From Tubiluchus corallicola (taxonomy: Eukaryota > Animalia > Priapulida), in the NCBI GenBank assembly GCA_030141605.1, contig JAQGDQ010001530.1, positions 1-35,976 on the forward strand: DNA of 35,976 nt, given 5' to 3'. The notes under the pieces are model-generated. The model saw only the letters and a program-made list of their open reading frames with translations. It was not told the DNA's origin and did no database searches. This document shows, piece by piece, positions 12,977-25,323 of the stretch. Position numbers and translations under genes: made by a program. Each line of letters starts with the position of its first letter. Position 1 is the first letter of the stretch.

Positions 12977-13413
12977 GTTGTTGTTGTTGGCATCCTTCTG
13001 TCTCGGAAGACAATGGAATATGCGCCAAGAGAGTCAGTTTTTGATCACATTGATGGAGCTGCAGCATCGACTGTGGCTGAGCAGTGCGATCCTTGAACGT
13101 CTCCAGGGCGCACGCCTGGGCAAGGTGTATGGAGATCCTGAGTTGCTCAGACAACAGGAACCCCCTCTCTTCCTCCCTGGTGTAGTCCAAAGGAAAGCGG
13201 AGCAATACGTTTGGCACCAGGTTGGCTGCAGGAGCTGCCAGAGTCAGTGAGCATGCTGCACTGGTCCGCCTTCGGGGCTCCACTCCTGACTTGGAAGGTT
13301 TACTCCTCTACACATGGCCGTTGGGTCACTTGACCTCCTCCGCCCTCTAGCCGTTGGCTGCTTGTACAGCTCCTCCGCCTAGTGTCGAGATACAGTGTGG
13401 GCATCCCGTGTGT
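12977..13413 (-). mobile_element. Non-autonomous RTE-like retroelement (headless copy) with 11-bp TSD
   Basis: TSD ATATCTACAAT at 12966-12976 and 13414-13424; minus-strand 3' end ...TCTTCCGAGACAGAAGGATGC+(CAA)n resembles RTE-clade tails; clearly homologous along its whole length to 25324-25761. Confidence 0.8.
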
Positions 13414-14796
13414 ATATCTACAATAAACAATTAAAAACATATCAAAATTAATAAGTCCATCAAATACCCACCTTGGCCTACGGTTTCAGAAAATTGATTT
13501 TAAATTACTCATAACGATGCATGTAAGTTTATCAGGCAAAAATTATTGATGTTCTGTGCGGGTATATATAGCACTGCTGTCCACTTTTAACGGAGGCAGG
13601 ACGGATGGCACCGCGGCCCACACCTTGCGGCATGTTGCAATTATGTCCTTCAACGCCAAACCCAAAACAGAACCAGAATAATAGAGTCGAAATGACAATT
13701 TTATTACTACATATCACACCCCCAATAAGGAACAAACAGCTTAGCTAGAAGAACGGAGTCTGTGGCAAAGCATGTGAAATGTGAACAGAGCTGCAATGAA
13801 AGACACGACCACTGACAAGGGTCTACAGCAGACCTTCCCTTTTCATAAGCTCAGGTGTGCACGTGACTAGTGGCTCTTACTAACACAAGGTCAGAATACG
13901 AGTCTGTGCTAGATAAAGCCACGTTCACACGCACACCTGAGAAGTCTACTGTATTCCCCTGCCAGTATTACATTTCATTTCACCACAGCCCGTAGTACAA
14001 TGAAACTATAAAATGAACGTTTTTGACACTTTTAACAATAATTGGATTGAGAAATCAGTAATCACAATCATATGCTTCAATATGATAAAGAAGCTTTTAT
14101 AATAGCAATTGAAGAACTGTTTATTGGGATTGACTACGATGACGGCATCAGCGATGACCACGACGGTGACGGTGACGGTGCGAACTTGAATCTGAGATGG
14201 AGGCTGCAGTTACAAAACCTGCTGTGTAGCATAAAAGTGCAAAAATCGCTAAGTGCATTGTCACACGCACAGCACATTAAACGAAGCCATTTAAGAGACA
14301 TGTAATTACAATCCTATGTTAGTATTACCGCCTCTGTTAACTAACCTTACATTGTCTGTTTGTCGAAAGGTTTAATTGATACTTCTAATCTTCCGGAGAA
14401 AGCTTTAAAGACGAAAGCTTGCACAATGTCTATAGTCACTCAATGCAGGAGCTATTTTTAAAACGCTGTGTGGTTTCAGTTTTGTGCAAGAACTCGCATT
14501 GATCTGTAGAAAGAGCAGGAGGGTTTTCTCTGCTAAATGTGTATTGACAAGAGAACAGTATACGCGTGTTTTTTGTTAGTGCTCAGCCTCAACAGGTGAT
14601 CATTTAAACAAAATGTCACACGAGTCGAATTTGCCACGACAAATAATCCAATTTTGCGGCGCCTTGATAAAAGAGTTGAAGAAAATAACGGTAATGTTCG
14701 TATAATAAATCATAGTGTAAGAGTTTCAATGCAAACATAAGCCTGCTGTAGTGCAAGAAACCAAAACTATCAGTAATCAGCAATGTTTCTGTAACA

Positions 14797-16987
14797 ACAC
14801 TGAGGTGGACATAGATTGGATGGTTTAATAATAGTTTTGAATAACAAAAAAGGCACACTGAGTTGGACATAGATTGGATGGTTTAATAATAGTTTTGAAT
14901 AACAAAAAAGGCACACTGAGGTGGACTTAGATTGGCTGGTTTAATAATAGTTTTGAATAACAAAAAAGGCACACTGAGTTGGACATAGATTGGATGGTTT
15001 AATAATAGTTTTGAATAACAAAAAAGGCACACTGAGTTGGACATAGATTGGATGGTTTAATAATAGTTTTGAATAACAAAAAAGGCACACTGAGGTGGAC
15101 TTAGATTGGCTGGTTTAATAATAGTTTTGAATAACAAAAAAGGCACACTGAGTTGGACATAGATTGGATGGTTTAATAATAGTTTTGAATAACATAAAAG
15201 GCACACTGAGGTGGACATAGATTGGATGGTTTAATAATAGTTTTGAATAACAAAAAAGGCACACTGAGGTGGACTTAGATTGGATGTTTTTATAATAGTT
15301 TTGAATAACAAAAAAGGCACACTGAGATGGACATAGATTGGATGGTTTAATAATAGTTTTGAATAACAAAAAAGGCACACTGAGATGGACATAGATTGGA
15401 AGGTTTAATAATAGTTTTGAATAACAAAAAAGGCACACTGAGGTGGACTTAGATTGGCTGGTTTAATAATAGTTTTGAATAACAAAAAAGGCACACTGAG
15501 TTGGACATAGATTGGATGGTTTAATAATAGTTTTGAATAACATAAAAGGCACACTGAGGTGGACATAGATTGGATGATTTAATAATAGTTTTGAATAACA
15601 AAAAAGCGCATTGAGATGGACATAGATTGGATGGTTTAATAGTTTTGAATAACAAAAAAGGCACACTGAGGTGGACATAGATTGGATGGTTCAAAAATAG
15701 TTTTGAATAACAAAAAAGGCACACCGAGGTGGACATAGATTGAATGGTCTAATAATAGTTTTGAATAACAAAAAAAGGCACGCTGAGGTGGACATAGATT
15801 GGTTGGTCTAATAACAATTTTGAATAACAAAAAAGGAACACTGAGGTGGACATAGATTGGATGGTTTAATAATAGTTTTGAATAACAAAAAAGGCACACT
15901 GAGGTGGACATAGATTGGATGGTCTAATAATAGTTTTGAATAACAAAAAGGCACACTGAGATGGACATGGATTGGAGGGTTTAATAATAGTTTTGAATAA
16001 CAAAAAAGGCACACTGAGGTGCACATAGATTGGAGTGTTCAAAAATAGTTTTGAATAACAAAAAAGGCACACCGAGGTGGACATAGATTGAATGGTCTAA
16101 TAATAGTTTTGAATAACAAAAAAGGCACACTGAGATGGACATAGATTGGATGGTTTAATAATAGTTTTGAATAACAAAAAAGGCACACTGAGGTGGACTT
16201 AGATTGGCTGGTTTAATAATAGTTTTGAATAACAAAAAAGGCACACTGAGTTGGACATAGATTGGATGGTTTAATAATAGTTTTGAATAACATAAAAGGC
16301 ACACTGAGGTGGACATAGATTGGATGATTTAATAATAGTTTTGAATAACAAAAAAGCGCATTGAGATGGACATAGATTGGATGGTTTAATAGTTTTGAAT
16401 AACAAAAAAGGCACACTGAGGTGGACATAGATTGGATGGTTCAAAAATAGTTTTGAATAACAAAAAAGGCACACCGAGGTGGACATAGATTGAATGGTCT
16501 AATAATAGTTTTGAATAACAAAAAAAGGCACGCTGAGGTGGACATAGATTGGTTGGTCTAATAACAATTTTGAATAACAAAAAAGGAACACTGAGGTGGA
16601 CATAGATTGGATGGTTTAATAATAGTTTTGAATAACAAAAAAGGCACACTGAGGTGGACATAGATTGGATGGTCTAATAATAGTTTTGAATAACAAAAAG
16701 GCACACTGAGATGGACATGGATTGGAGGGTTTAATAATAGTTTTGAATAACAAAAAAGGCACACTGAGGTGCACATAGATTGGAGTGTTTAATAATAGTT
16801 CTGAATAACAAAATGGCACACTGAGATGGATATAGATTGGATGGTTTAATAATAGTTTTGAATAACAAAAAAGGCACACTGAGATGGACATAGATTGGAG
16901 GGTTTAATAATAGTTCTGAATAACAAAATGACACACTGAGATGGATATAGATTGGATGGTTTAATAATAGTTTTGAATAACAAAAAA
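14797..16987. repeat. Minisatellite, 58-bp unit, ~38 copies, with a 750-bp higher-order duplication
   Basis: Unit GTTTAATAATAGTTTTGAATAACAAAAAAGGCACACTGAGGTGGACATAGATTGGATG; diagnostic variants recur at +750 (e.g. AAAAAGCGCATTGAG at 15601 and 16351). Confidence 0.97.
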
Positions 16988-17480
16988 TCACGCAAACATC
17001 AAGTCTGGATCGTCAGCTTGGATTGTAAGAAAAATTCGGTGATTCACTCACTCTGTCTGAAACCCAGTTGAGTTGAAATTCGGTGGGGTGATTAGCTAGA
17101 ACGTCTTTAGTTCAAAACACAAACATTGTGTTAATTATAACTTATTTAGTAATTTTTAGGGCTGTGTTAGAGACAGATTTCTCGCGTAGAAATTTACTAA
17201 TTTTAAATAGTGGGTATTTCTGGGAATACTTTCTAACAAAAGCTTTTCAGCAATTTCATATGACGTGGGAAAAGATTTATGTTAAAATTTTATTTATTTC
17301 GTTTAAATGATTGCCATTTTGTTTGAAAGAATTACTAATTATGAATTACGTACTAAATAACGAAGAAGTGTTTTTGTTATCGTGGATCGAGGAATAGAAG
17401 ATGAGAGGACGCAAGAAAAGAAAATGAGAAACTAACAATGAAAGAGAGAAAATTCTTGGAAAATATTGCATAGAAACGAA

Positions 17481-18752
17481 ATTTACTATTCATTTTTACA
17501 TACTTTTGTGTATAGATTCTTCTTCTTGTTTCTATTTCACGTTCAGCAGTTCTTACAAGCCATTATTTACTATTCATTTTCTACATACTTTTGTATAGAG
17601 ATTCTTCTGCTTGTTTCTATTTCACGTTCAGCTGTTCTTACAAGCCATTATTTGCTATTCATTTTTACATACTTTTGTATATAGATTCTTCTTCTTGTTT
17701 CTATTTCACGTTCAGCAGTTCTTACAAGCTATTATTTGCTATTCATTTTTACATACTTTTGTATATAGATTCTTCTTCTTGTTTCTATTTCACGTTCAGC
17801 AGTTCTTACAAGCTATTATTTACTATTCCATTTCTACATACTTTTGTATATAGATTCTTCTTCTTGTTTCTATTTCACGTTCAGCAGTTCTTACAAACTA
17901 TTATTTACTATTCATTTTCTACCTACTTTTGTATATAGATTCTTCTCATTGTTTCTATTTCACGTTCAGCAGTTCTTACAAACTATTATTTACTATTCCA
18001 TTTCTACATACTTTTGTATATAGAATCTTCTCATTGTTTCTATTTCACATTCAGCCGTTCTTACAAGCTATTATTTACTATTCATTTTCTACATACTTTT
18101 GTATATAGATTCTTCTTCTTGTTTCTATTTCACGTTCAGCAGTTCTTACAAGCTATTATTTACTATTCACTTTCTACATACTTTTGTATATAGATTCTTC
18201 TTCTTGTTTCTATTTCACGTTCAGCAGTTCTTACAAGCTATTATTTACTATTCACTTTCTACATACTTTTGTATATGGATTCTTCTTCTTGTTTCTATTT
18301 CACGTTCAGCAGTTCTTACAAGCTATTATTTACTATTCACTTTCTACATACTTTTGTATATAGATTCTTCTCATTGTTTCTATTTCACATTCAGCCGTTC
18401 TTACAAGCTATTATTTACTATTCCATTTCTACATACTTTTGTATATAGAATCTTCTCATTGTTTCTATTTCACGTTCAGCAGTTCTTACAAACTATTATT
18501 TACTATTCATTTTCTACATACTTTTGTATATAGATTCTTCTTCTTGTTTCTATTTCACGTTCAGCAGTTCTTACAAGCTATTATTTACTATTCATTTTCT
18601 ACATACTTTTGTATATAGATTCTTCTTCTTGTTTCTATTTCACGTTCAGCAGTTCTTACAAGCTATTATTTACTATTCACTTTCTACATACTTTTGTATA
18701 TAGATTCTTCTTCTTGTTTCTATTTCACGTTCAGCAGTTCTTACAAACTATT
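17481..18752. repeat. Minisatellite, 84-85-bp unit, ~15 copies
   Basis: GTATATAGATTCTTCTTCTTGTTTCTATTTCACGTTCAGCAGTTCTTACAAGCTATTATTTACTATTCA... recurs at 18101, 18186, 18271. Confidence 0.97.
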
Positions 18753-19768
18753 ATAAGCTTCATGAATTACCTCAGTAGTATAATCATACATGCTAATTGT
18801 TATCATTATACCTATTAACTTGAAGGAGAATTATGCTTTCACTGGCTAACAGAGCACGTCCCTCTATATAGGCCTATACTGCTACATTATAGTTAATATT
18901 ATGGTGCACCTAACTTGAATTTATGTTATGCCTTATAAGGTGATTATTGCACTTTAGTGCTTTGCGCAATTTGTGATAATATTCTATTCATGTAATTGGT
19001 AATATGTAAGTAAACATTTATGATAGTTAACTAACACGATAGATTTGTGAAATTTGTAATGTGAGGATCAAGCTATAGCTTGTGAAGTATGTATTATCAA
19101 TGAATTGAATGAATAATTTTTTGTTTTGGTGTCGCCACATTTTAACCAAATCTTGCATTTTTTATTGTTGGCTTATGAACATTTGAAACAAGAAGTAAGA
19201 ATGACTAAATGAAAATGATTAAATGTTCAAAGTAGTAAGACACAAACAATTGAAGAAATACATATCGAGGTTTCTTTAAAACTGGATAATCGCATAACCC
19301 TATCTTAACGACAATCATAAAAAGATTTCTGACAGTTTCAGTCCTGTTACAAATAGATTACCAGATTTTTGTACCATAGGTTTCTCCCCTGAGTTTTATT
19401 AACGAAAAAATCACATACCATAAAACAAATTTTCGATACATATATGGATGTAAAATATATGTTACTATGATATACTATTGATGTGAAATAAATAAATAAA
19501 TTGAAATAAATAAATAAAATTAAAAATAACCTAAGTGAAAATTTCCTAAAAATGATTATAACGCAGTTATATTATGATAAAGCGCGTTAATCACGTTAAT
19601 TCATCACATTAATAAAACACGTTAATCACATTAATTGATCACATTATTAATCACATTAATCAACCAATTGCAAAAATAGCCAAACGAACCAACGCAATGA
19701 CAACTAAATGAAGAAAGGAATGAAAGATTACCCAATGAGCCAGTGAACGAACAAAGGAGTGAAAAACG

Positions 19769-19930
19769 AGTGAGTGAGTGAGTGAGTGAGTGAGTGAATG
19801 AGTGAGTGAGTGAGTGAGTGAGTGGGTGAGTGAGTGAGTGAATGAGTGAGTGAGTGAGTGAGTGAGTGAGTGGGTGAGTGAGTGAGTGAGTGAGTGAATG
19901 AGTGAGTGAGTGAGTGAGTGAATGAGTGAA
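19769..19930. repeat. (GAGT)n microsatellite
   Basis: Direct observation; occasional GAAT/GGGT variants. Confidence 0.97.
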
Positions 19931-20070
19931 TATACATAAATAAGAAACTTGGGCGAATGAATGAATGAATCTATATATTAATTCTATTGGTATGGGCTTA
20001 ATATATTTATATTAGGATATTTATATAATATATAATATATAATATATTTATATTATAAAATTATATATAT

Positions 20071-20390
20071 AAGATTCGAGGCTACAGCTTCGACGAGGGC
20101 ACCATTTGCGGCGATCTATGTATCAAACGAAAGGTCTCGATCTAGTGTCGTCTCATTGGGGGTTTATTTTTCGAATCGGGCCCACCGGGAGGAACGGGGG
20201 GGGCGAAAAACCTCCAGAAATGGCCATTTTTCGGCCGTTTTTTTGCAAAAGTTATACGCCTGAGATCTGCAGAACGGGAATACATTAAATAAAAGCAGAT
20301 AAACTAGTAACAAAAATGTATTAATAAAAAGTATATAAAAGTAATAAAGTGGTAAGTAGAAAAGTAAAGATGCAAGTAATGCAAGTGTTC
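20071..20390 (-). mobile_element. Possible Helentron-associated non-autonomous element (HINE-like) fragment
   Basis: Minus strand ends GGTGCCCTC + hairpin TCGAAGCTGTAGCCTCGA + ATCTT; GC-richer than its flanks; GTATCAAACGAAAGGTCTCGA motif reminiscent of such elements; other end not identified. Confidence 0.35.
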
Positions 20391-20929
20391 TGGTTTGTAA
20401 CGATTATCAGAAGACTTCCATACATCAGCGTCTAAAGCACGAATCCAATCATGTTGCGCAATTTTCTTTCATTTCCAAAGTTAAGCATACTTACACAATC
20501 AGCCATTTATTCACCTCCTATTTGAGTTGAAGACACAGCAATTAGGAATGCGCCCTCTAGGGAACAAATATTGTACTTGCATGTATAACTGGCCTTCTGG
20601 GACGATTATCCGCACGTAATTTGCAGTAATTCTCTATTTGCTCTTGCTTAACGATATTCATGGCATAGGCCAACGACATAATCATTACAGATAACTTAAT
20701 CCCGGGATTCAGATTTCAATTTGTCTGCTGAGAATCGGGATAAATGTTCCTTGGGGATAGCGTTGGAGGGAGAAGTGACATTACCGGGAGTGACGGGAGT
20801 GTTAATCATGGTAAAACCAACTCTGCCAATTGTAGGATTAGAACTCTGCAAGTAGAAAGTTCTACTGAATCAGCTTTTCATGCTTAATAGTTACGCCACG
20901 GTGTATAACTTCCAAGATGGATGCGTGAC

Positions 20930-21530
20930 CGGAATTGCCAAGTGGCCACTCTGGTGTTTCGCGACCGAAATTAAGCCATGCTGAGACTGGTCAGTGACCG
21001 CCTGGGTTCAACCCTCGTTGTCGCCGTGCTGATCAGCCTGTTCGCGTCGAAAAGGGAGGATGTATTCACTAAGCATGTCCAAAAATAGCCAAGTGGTCAC
21101 TGTAGTGTTTTGCGACCGAAATTGAGCCATGCTGAGACTGGTCAGTGACCGCCTGGGTTCAACCCTCGTTGTCGCCGTGCTGATTCAGCCTGTTCGCCTC
21201 GAAAAGGGAGGATGTATTCACTAAGCATGTCCAAAATAGTCAAGTGGTCACTCTAGTGTTTTGCGACCGAAATTAAGCCATGCTGAGACTGGTCAGTGAA
21301 CGGAACGTGACCGCCTGGGTTTAACCCTCGTTGTCGCCGTGCCGATTAAGCCTGTTCGCCTCGAAAATGGAGAACGTATTCACTATGCATGTCCAAAGTT
21401 GGTTAAGGCACCTTAAGAGGTTCCGTGGAAAAGAGTTGTCTTTGGAAAGGAGTCAACCCTCGGGGATCACCACAAATATCAACATTGATTTGGAAAGGCC
21501 ATATTAAAAATGATAAAAATTGATTTATTA
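20930..21530 (+). mobile_element. tRNA-derived SINE-like element with a tandemly triplicated 151-bp head
   Basis: Units start at 20937, 21088, 21239; each has A-box-like T(A/T)GCCAAGTGG and B-box-like GGTTCAACCC; a single unique body and AT-rich tail follow unit 3. Confidence 0.6.
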
Positions 21531-21817
21531 ATATTTAAGAATAAGCTTTAAATTCATTTTGGCTTTCCATACATTGAGTAACTTTTCTCGATTACAGCAT
21601 GTTGTGTGCAGAAGTATATAAAAAGCGTATTGCTAAGCTGGCGCTCTGATTGGGCCATTCCGAAAGAAGTAGATTACTGCAAGAACTTTATAATGAGAGT
21701 GAACAGTGAGAGAGATAGCAGTCCTGGATGAATGGATGGGTGAATTCATGAATGAATGAATGAGTGAATGAATGTGCTGTTGTATGTATGTATGATTTAA
21801 TTAATTTTAAATTATAA

Positions 21818-22194
<377 letters not shown>

Positions 22195-22499
22195 TAGTCG
22201 ATCGATTAATTAATAATAATTAGCGGAGCCGATAAATGAAATAAAATACGTTAGAAAAAATTGTAAAATAAAGTTGTATCAAGGAATTATCTCTTATTTG
22301 TGTGAAAATGTTTACGCCAGCGCAGCTTCCACTTCACGTCGTGTACTTGAACACGTCTTCACATGTCTTCTTGTCCAACAGCAACGTTTAATATGATGAA
22401 ATGTTATGTTAGACATGTATGGTAACACGAGATTCTGAAAATTCTACTGCAATTTTTCTCTGTAACGAAATTAGAAAGCATGCTCGAGTATGTTGACAT

Positions 22500-22636
22500 T
22501 TTTGTCGAGGGTCTTGACCCAAACGCTACTCTTGTTGTTGTTGTTGTTGTTGTTGGGAGGATGACCTTTTAAAAATGCCTAAGGCTTCGCCAATTTGCAA
22601 TAGTCGTCTTGAAATGTCACACACCTTATACTATAG

Positions 22637-22673
<37 letters not shown>

Positions 22674-23716
22674 CATATATATAAAATATGCATATACTAT
22701 ATATAGTATAACTATGTGAACTATAAAACTCGAACGCGGCTTAGAAAATAATGACATTCGAAACATTTACAGAAAGAGAGACACTAATGTAATTAAAATG
22801 TATATAGATATTGTAAAAGAACTAACCCAAAATGATCTTATAGTAAATTGATTATGCATTGATTATAAATATTGGATATATATTTAGAATAAGTAAATCG
22901 TAATGCAAAATTGACAGCTTGTTCAGTAAGAAATTTATTTAATGTACATAGTGTACAGACTTATTTAACATTTTTGCACTTTTGTGCCCTGCACATAGTT
23001 TGGCTTATTGTATAATTTTCAATAAAGATTTTTAGTAATAACAACAACAAAAACAACAACAACAACAACAACAACAATAATAATAATATGTATACTATAT
23101 ATAGAACATAGTCTGCATCGACTGACAGAATCGGATTGTTCATCTGCTGTCTTGAACTCAAGATGGCGGCAATAACATCATTTTCCAAAAAAGCCTAAAG
23201 TTCCACAAATTCTACAGATCGTCACGTGACTTTGCGAGAACACACTAGGATGAATTCTACACCGATTGACTGAAGCAGATTTTCAATGCGCCATGTTGAG
23301 TTTAAGATGGCGGCGAGAACGGCTTTTGCAACGCATCGTCATGAAACTTTTAAGGCTTATGCTAGAAAATATTCTGCATCGACAGACGGAGTTCGATTTG
23401 CGATTTACTATTTTGAATTCAAGACGAGCAATAATATCATTTTCAGAAAAAGCTATTTCTAGAAATATACCAGAATGATTCTAATTTTCGATTTGCCGTC
23501 TTGAATTCAAGATGGCGACATTGATGTCACTTTTTCGATTTGTCACCTTGAATTGACGTACTTTTCTAATAAAATTTAAACACCTAGATTTAAGACTAAA
23601 CTTGCAAACGAATATACTAGAACAAATTTCGCGTCTATTGAAGAAGCCAGGTATCGATCCACTGTCTCGATTTCCCCGAGTCTCTTGACCAATAATTGCA
23701 GTTTAACTTGTTCAAT
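22500..23716 (+). mobile_element. Possible degenerate Helentron/DINE-like non-autonomous element
   Basis: 5' palindrome GGGTCTTGACCC followed by (TTG)n and (CA)n; repeated TTGAATTCAAGATGGCG motifs at 23150-23520; TCTTGACC again near 23683 before a weak AATTG...CAATT hairpin. Confidence 0.3.
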
Positions 23717-23879
23717 TTAACGTCAAACGTGACCGCTTAATTTTTAGAGACAATGTGTTCTTCTGATTTGAGCCCTTGAGCGATAAATGTAGGTATGCAT
23801 ACCATATTTCAATAGCTATAATATTATCATAATTACAGGTTTGAACAGACTGGTACGCGACGACGCCCATGACATCATT

Positions 23880-24078
23880 GACATAAACACAGACATAGAC
23901 ACAGACGTAGACATAGACAGACATAGACATAGACATAGACATAAACACAGACATAGACATAGACATAGACATAGACATAGACAGACATAGACATAGACAT
24001 AGACATAGACACAGACACAGACACAGACACAGACACAGACACAGACACAGACACAGACACAGACACAGACATAAACAT
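23880..24078. repeat. (ACATAG/ACACAG)n hexanucleotide microsatellite, block 1
   Basis: Direct observation. Confidence 0.97.
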
Positions 24079-24516
24079 TAAGATTAGTCTATGGGTATTC
24101 AAATAAAACGTCCCTCATAACAAATCAAACCTTTGCAACAGAATTAAGAACAATGTTTAAAATCCCAATTTTACAAGCACATAAAGACTTCTACACAATC
24201 CTGTTTTTATACAAATACATCAACAATATTAACACGCCCCAAAAATAAGCTTCCACTCCTCTTGGAGCCAACATTAAATCCAAGAACACACAATATTAAA
24301 CAAACACGCACTAATAACAAATACAGCAGCAATTCTATCACTAAACAAGGAGCTCAACTTTGGAATACCCTGCCATCAAATTTAAAACAAATCAAGTCTT
24401 TCGAGGAATTCAAATCAAGATTAAAAATACATACATTAAATCGTTTTGAAAACCCTACATACGTAAACGATAATATATATTCATCCGCAAATTTTATTTA
24501 CCCACGTCCATTTTAA
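24079..24516 (+). mobile_element. CR1/L2-group LINE fragment, ORF2 C-terminus (degenerate)
   Basis: ...SITKQGAQLWNTLPSNLKQIKSFEEFKSRLK matches the LWNxLP...FKxxLK ORF2 C-terminal signature; near-identical to 32121-32367. Confidence 0.8.
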
Positions 24517-24984
24517 GACATAGACATACACATAGACATAGACACACACACACACATACACAGACACAGACATAGACATAGACATAGACATAGACATAGA
24601 CATAGACATAGACATAGACATAGACATAGACATAGACATAGACATAGACATAGACATAGACACAGACACAGACACAGACACAGACACAGACACAGACACA
24701 GACACAGACACAGACACAGACACAGGCACAGGCACAGGCACAGACACAGACACAGACACAGACACAGACACAGACACAGACACAGACACAGACACAGACA
24801 GACACAGGCACAGACACAGACACAGACACAGACACAGACACAGACACAGACACAGACACAGACACAGACATAGACATAGACATAGACATAGACATAGACA
24901 TAGACATAGACATAGACACAGACACAGACACAGACACAGACACAGACACAGACACAGACACAGACACAGACACAGACACAGACA
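24517..24984. repeat. (ACATAG/ACACAG)n hexanucleotide microsatellite, block 2
   Basis: Direct observation; alternating homogeneous tracts of the two hexamers. Confidence 0.97.
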
Positions 24985-25200
24985 TTTTTTATTTACCTCC
25001 TCATTCACACCAAAACTATAATTGCTATAACTATTAATTAATAAGGATAAATTATGCATAAAGGAAAGAGTTATGAGGCGCAGGAGTTATCCTTAAACAG
25101 GTTGCTCACCTGTGACAATTCACCGTAATTCCTCGGGTTCTTCCACTACACCCATCATCCTGGAACCTCCCTCCCTATGGGGGAGGGGTCATTGCAGGAC
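24985..25200 (-). mobile_element. Possible LINE 3' UTR remnant
   Basis: Minus strand ends ...GAATGAGGAGGTAAATAAAAAA directly before the hexamer microsatellite; no coding homology visible. Confidence 0.25.
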
Positions 25201-25323
25201 ATCACGCAAAAATTATACCTCATTGTCTAACATCGACGCATCACGTTTTGTTGGACAATGCCTGTCTTTGTAACACTATACTTGGGGTTGTCAATTAAAC
25301 AATCATCAGTTTATACATAAGAT

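Noticed and set aside
12963-13283. ORFs in the duplicated element (also 25379-25703)
   Set aside because: Reading frames and stops are not conserved between the two copies; no protein motif
13330-13413. HDV-like ribozyme at the 5' end of the RTE-like element
   Set aside because: Could not build P1/P3/P1.1 pairings by eye; a descriptor search would be needed to exclude it fully
1677-18752. Regular arrays as CRISPR loci
   Set aside because: Units are head-to-tail with no unique spacers, no cas genes, and the context is eukaryotic
20600-20760. Helitron helicase remnant (SLAYAMNIVKQ, minus strand)
   Set aside because: One weak motif match amid stops, with no other helicase motifs
25225-25310. 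Hammerhead ribozyme (minus-strand CTGATGA ... AAACG-TGATG-CGTC)
   Set aside because: Required GAAA is AAAA and stem I does not pair adjacent to the core; the CTGATGAG at ~30288 also lacks a downstream stem II-GAAA
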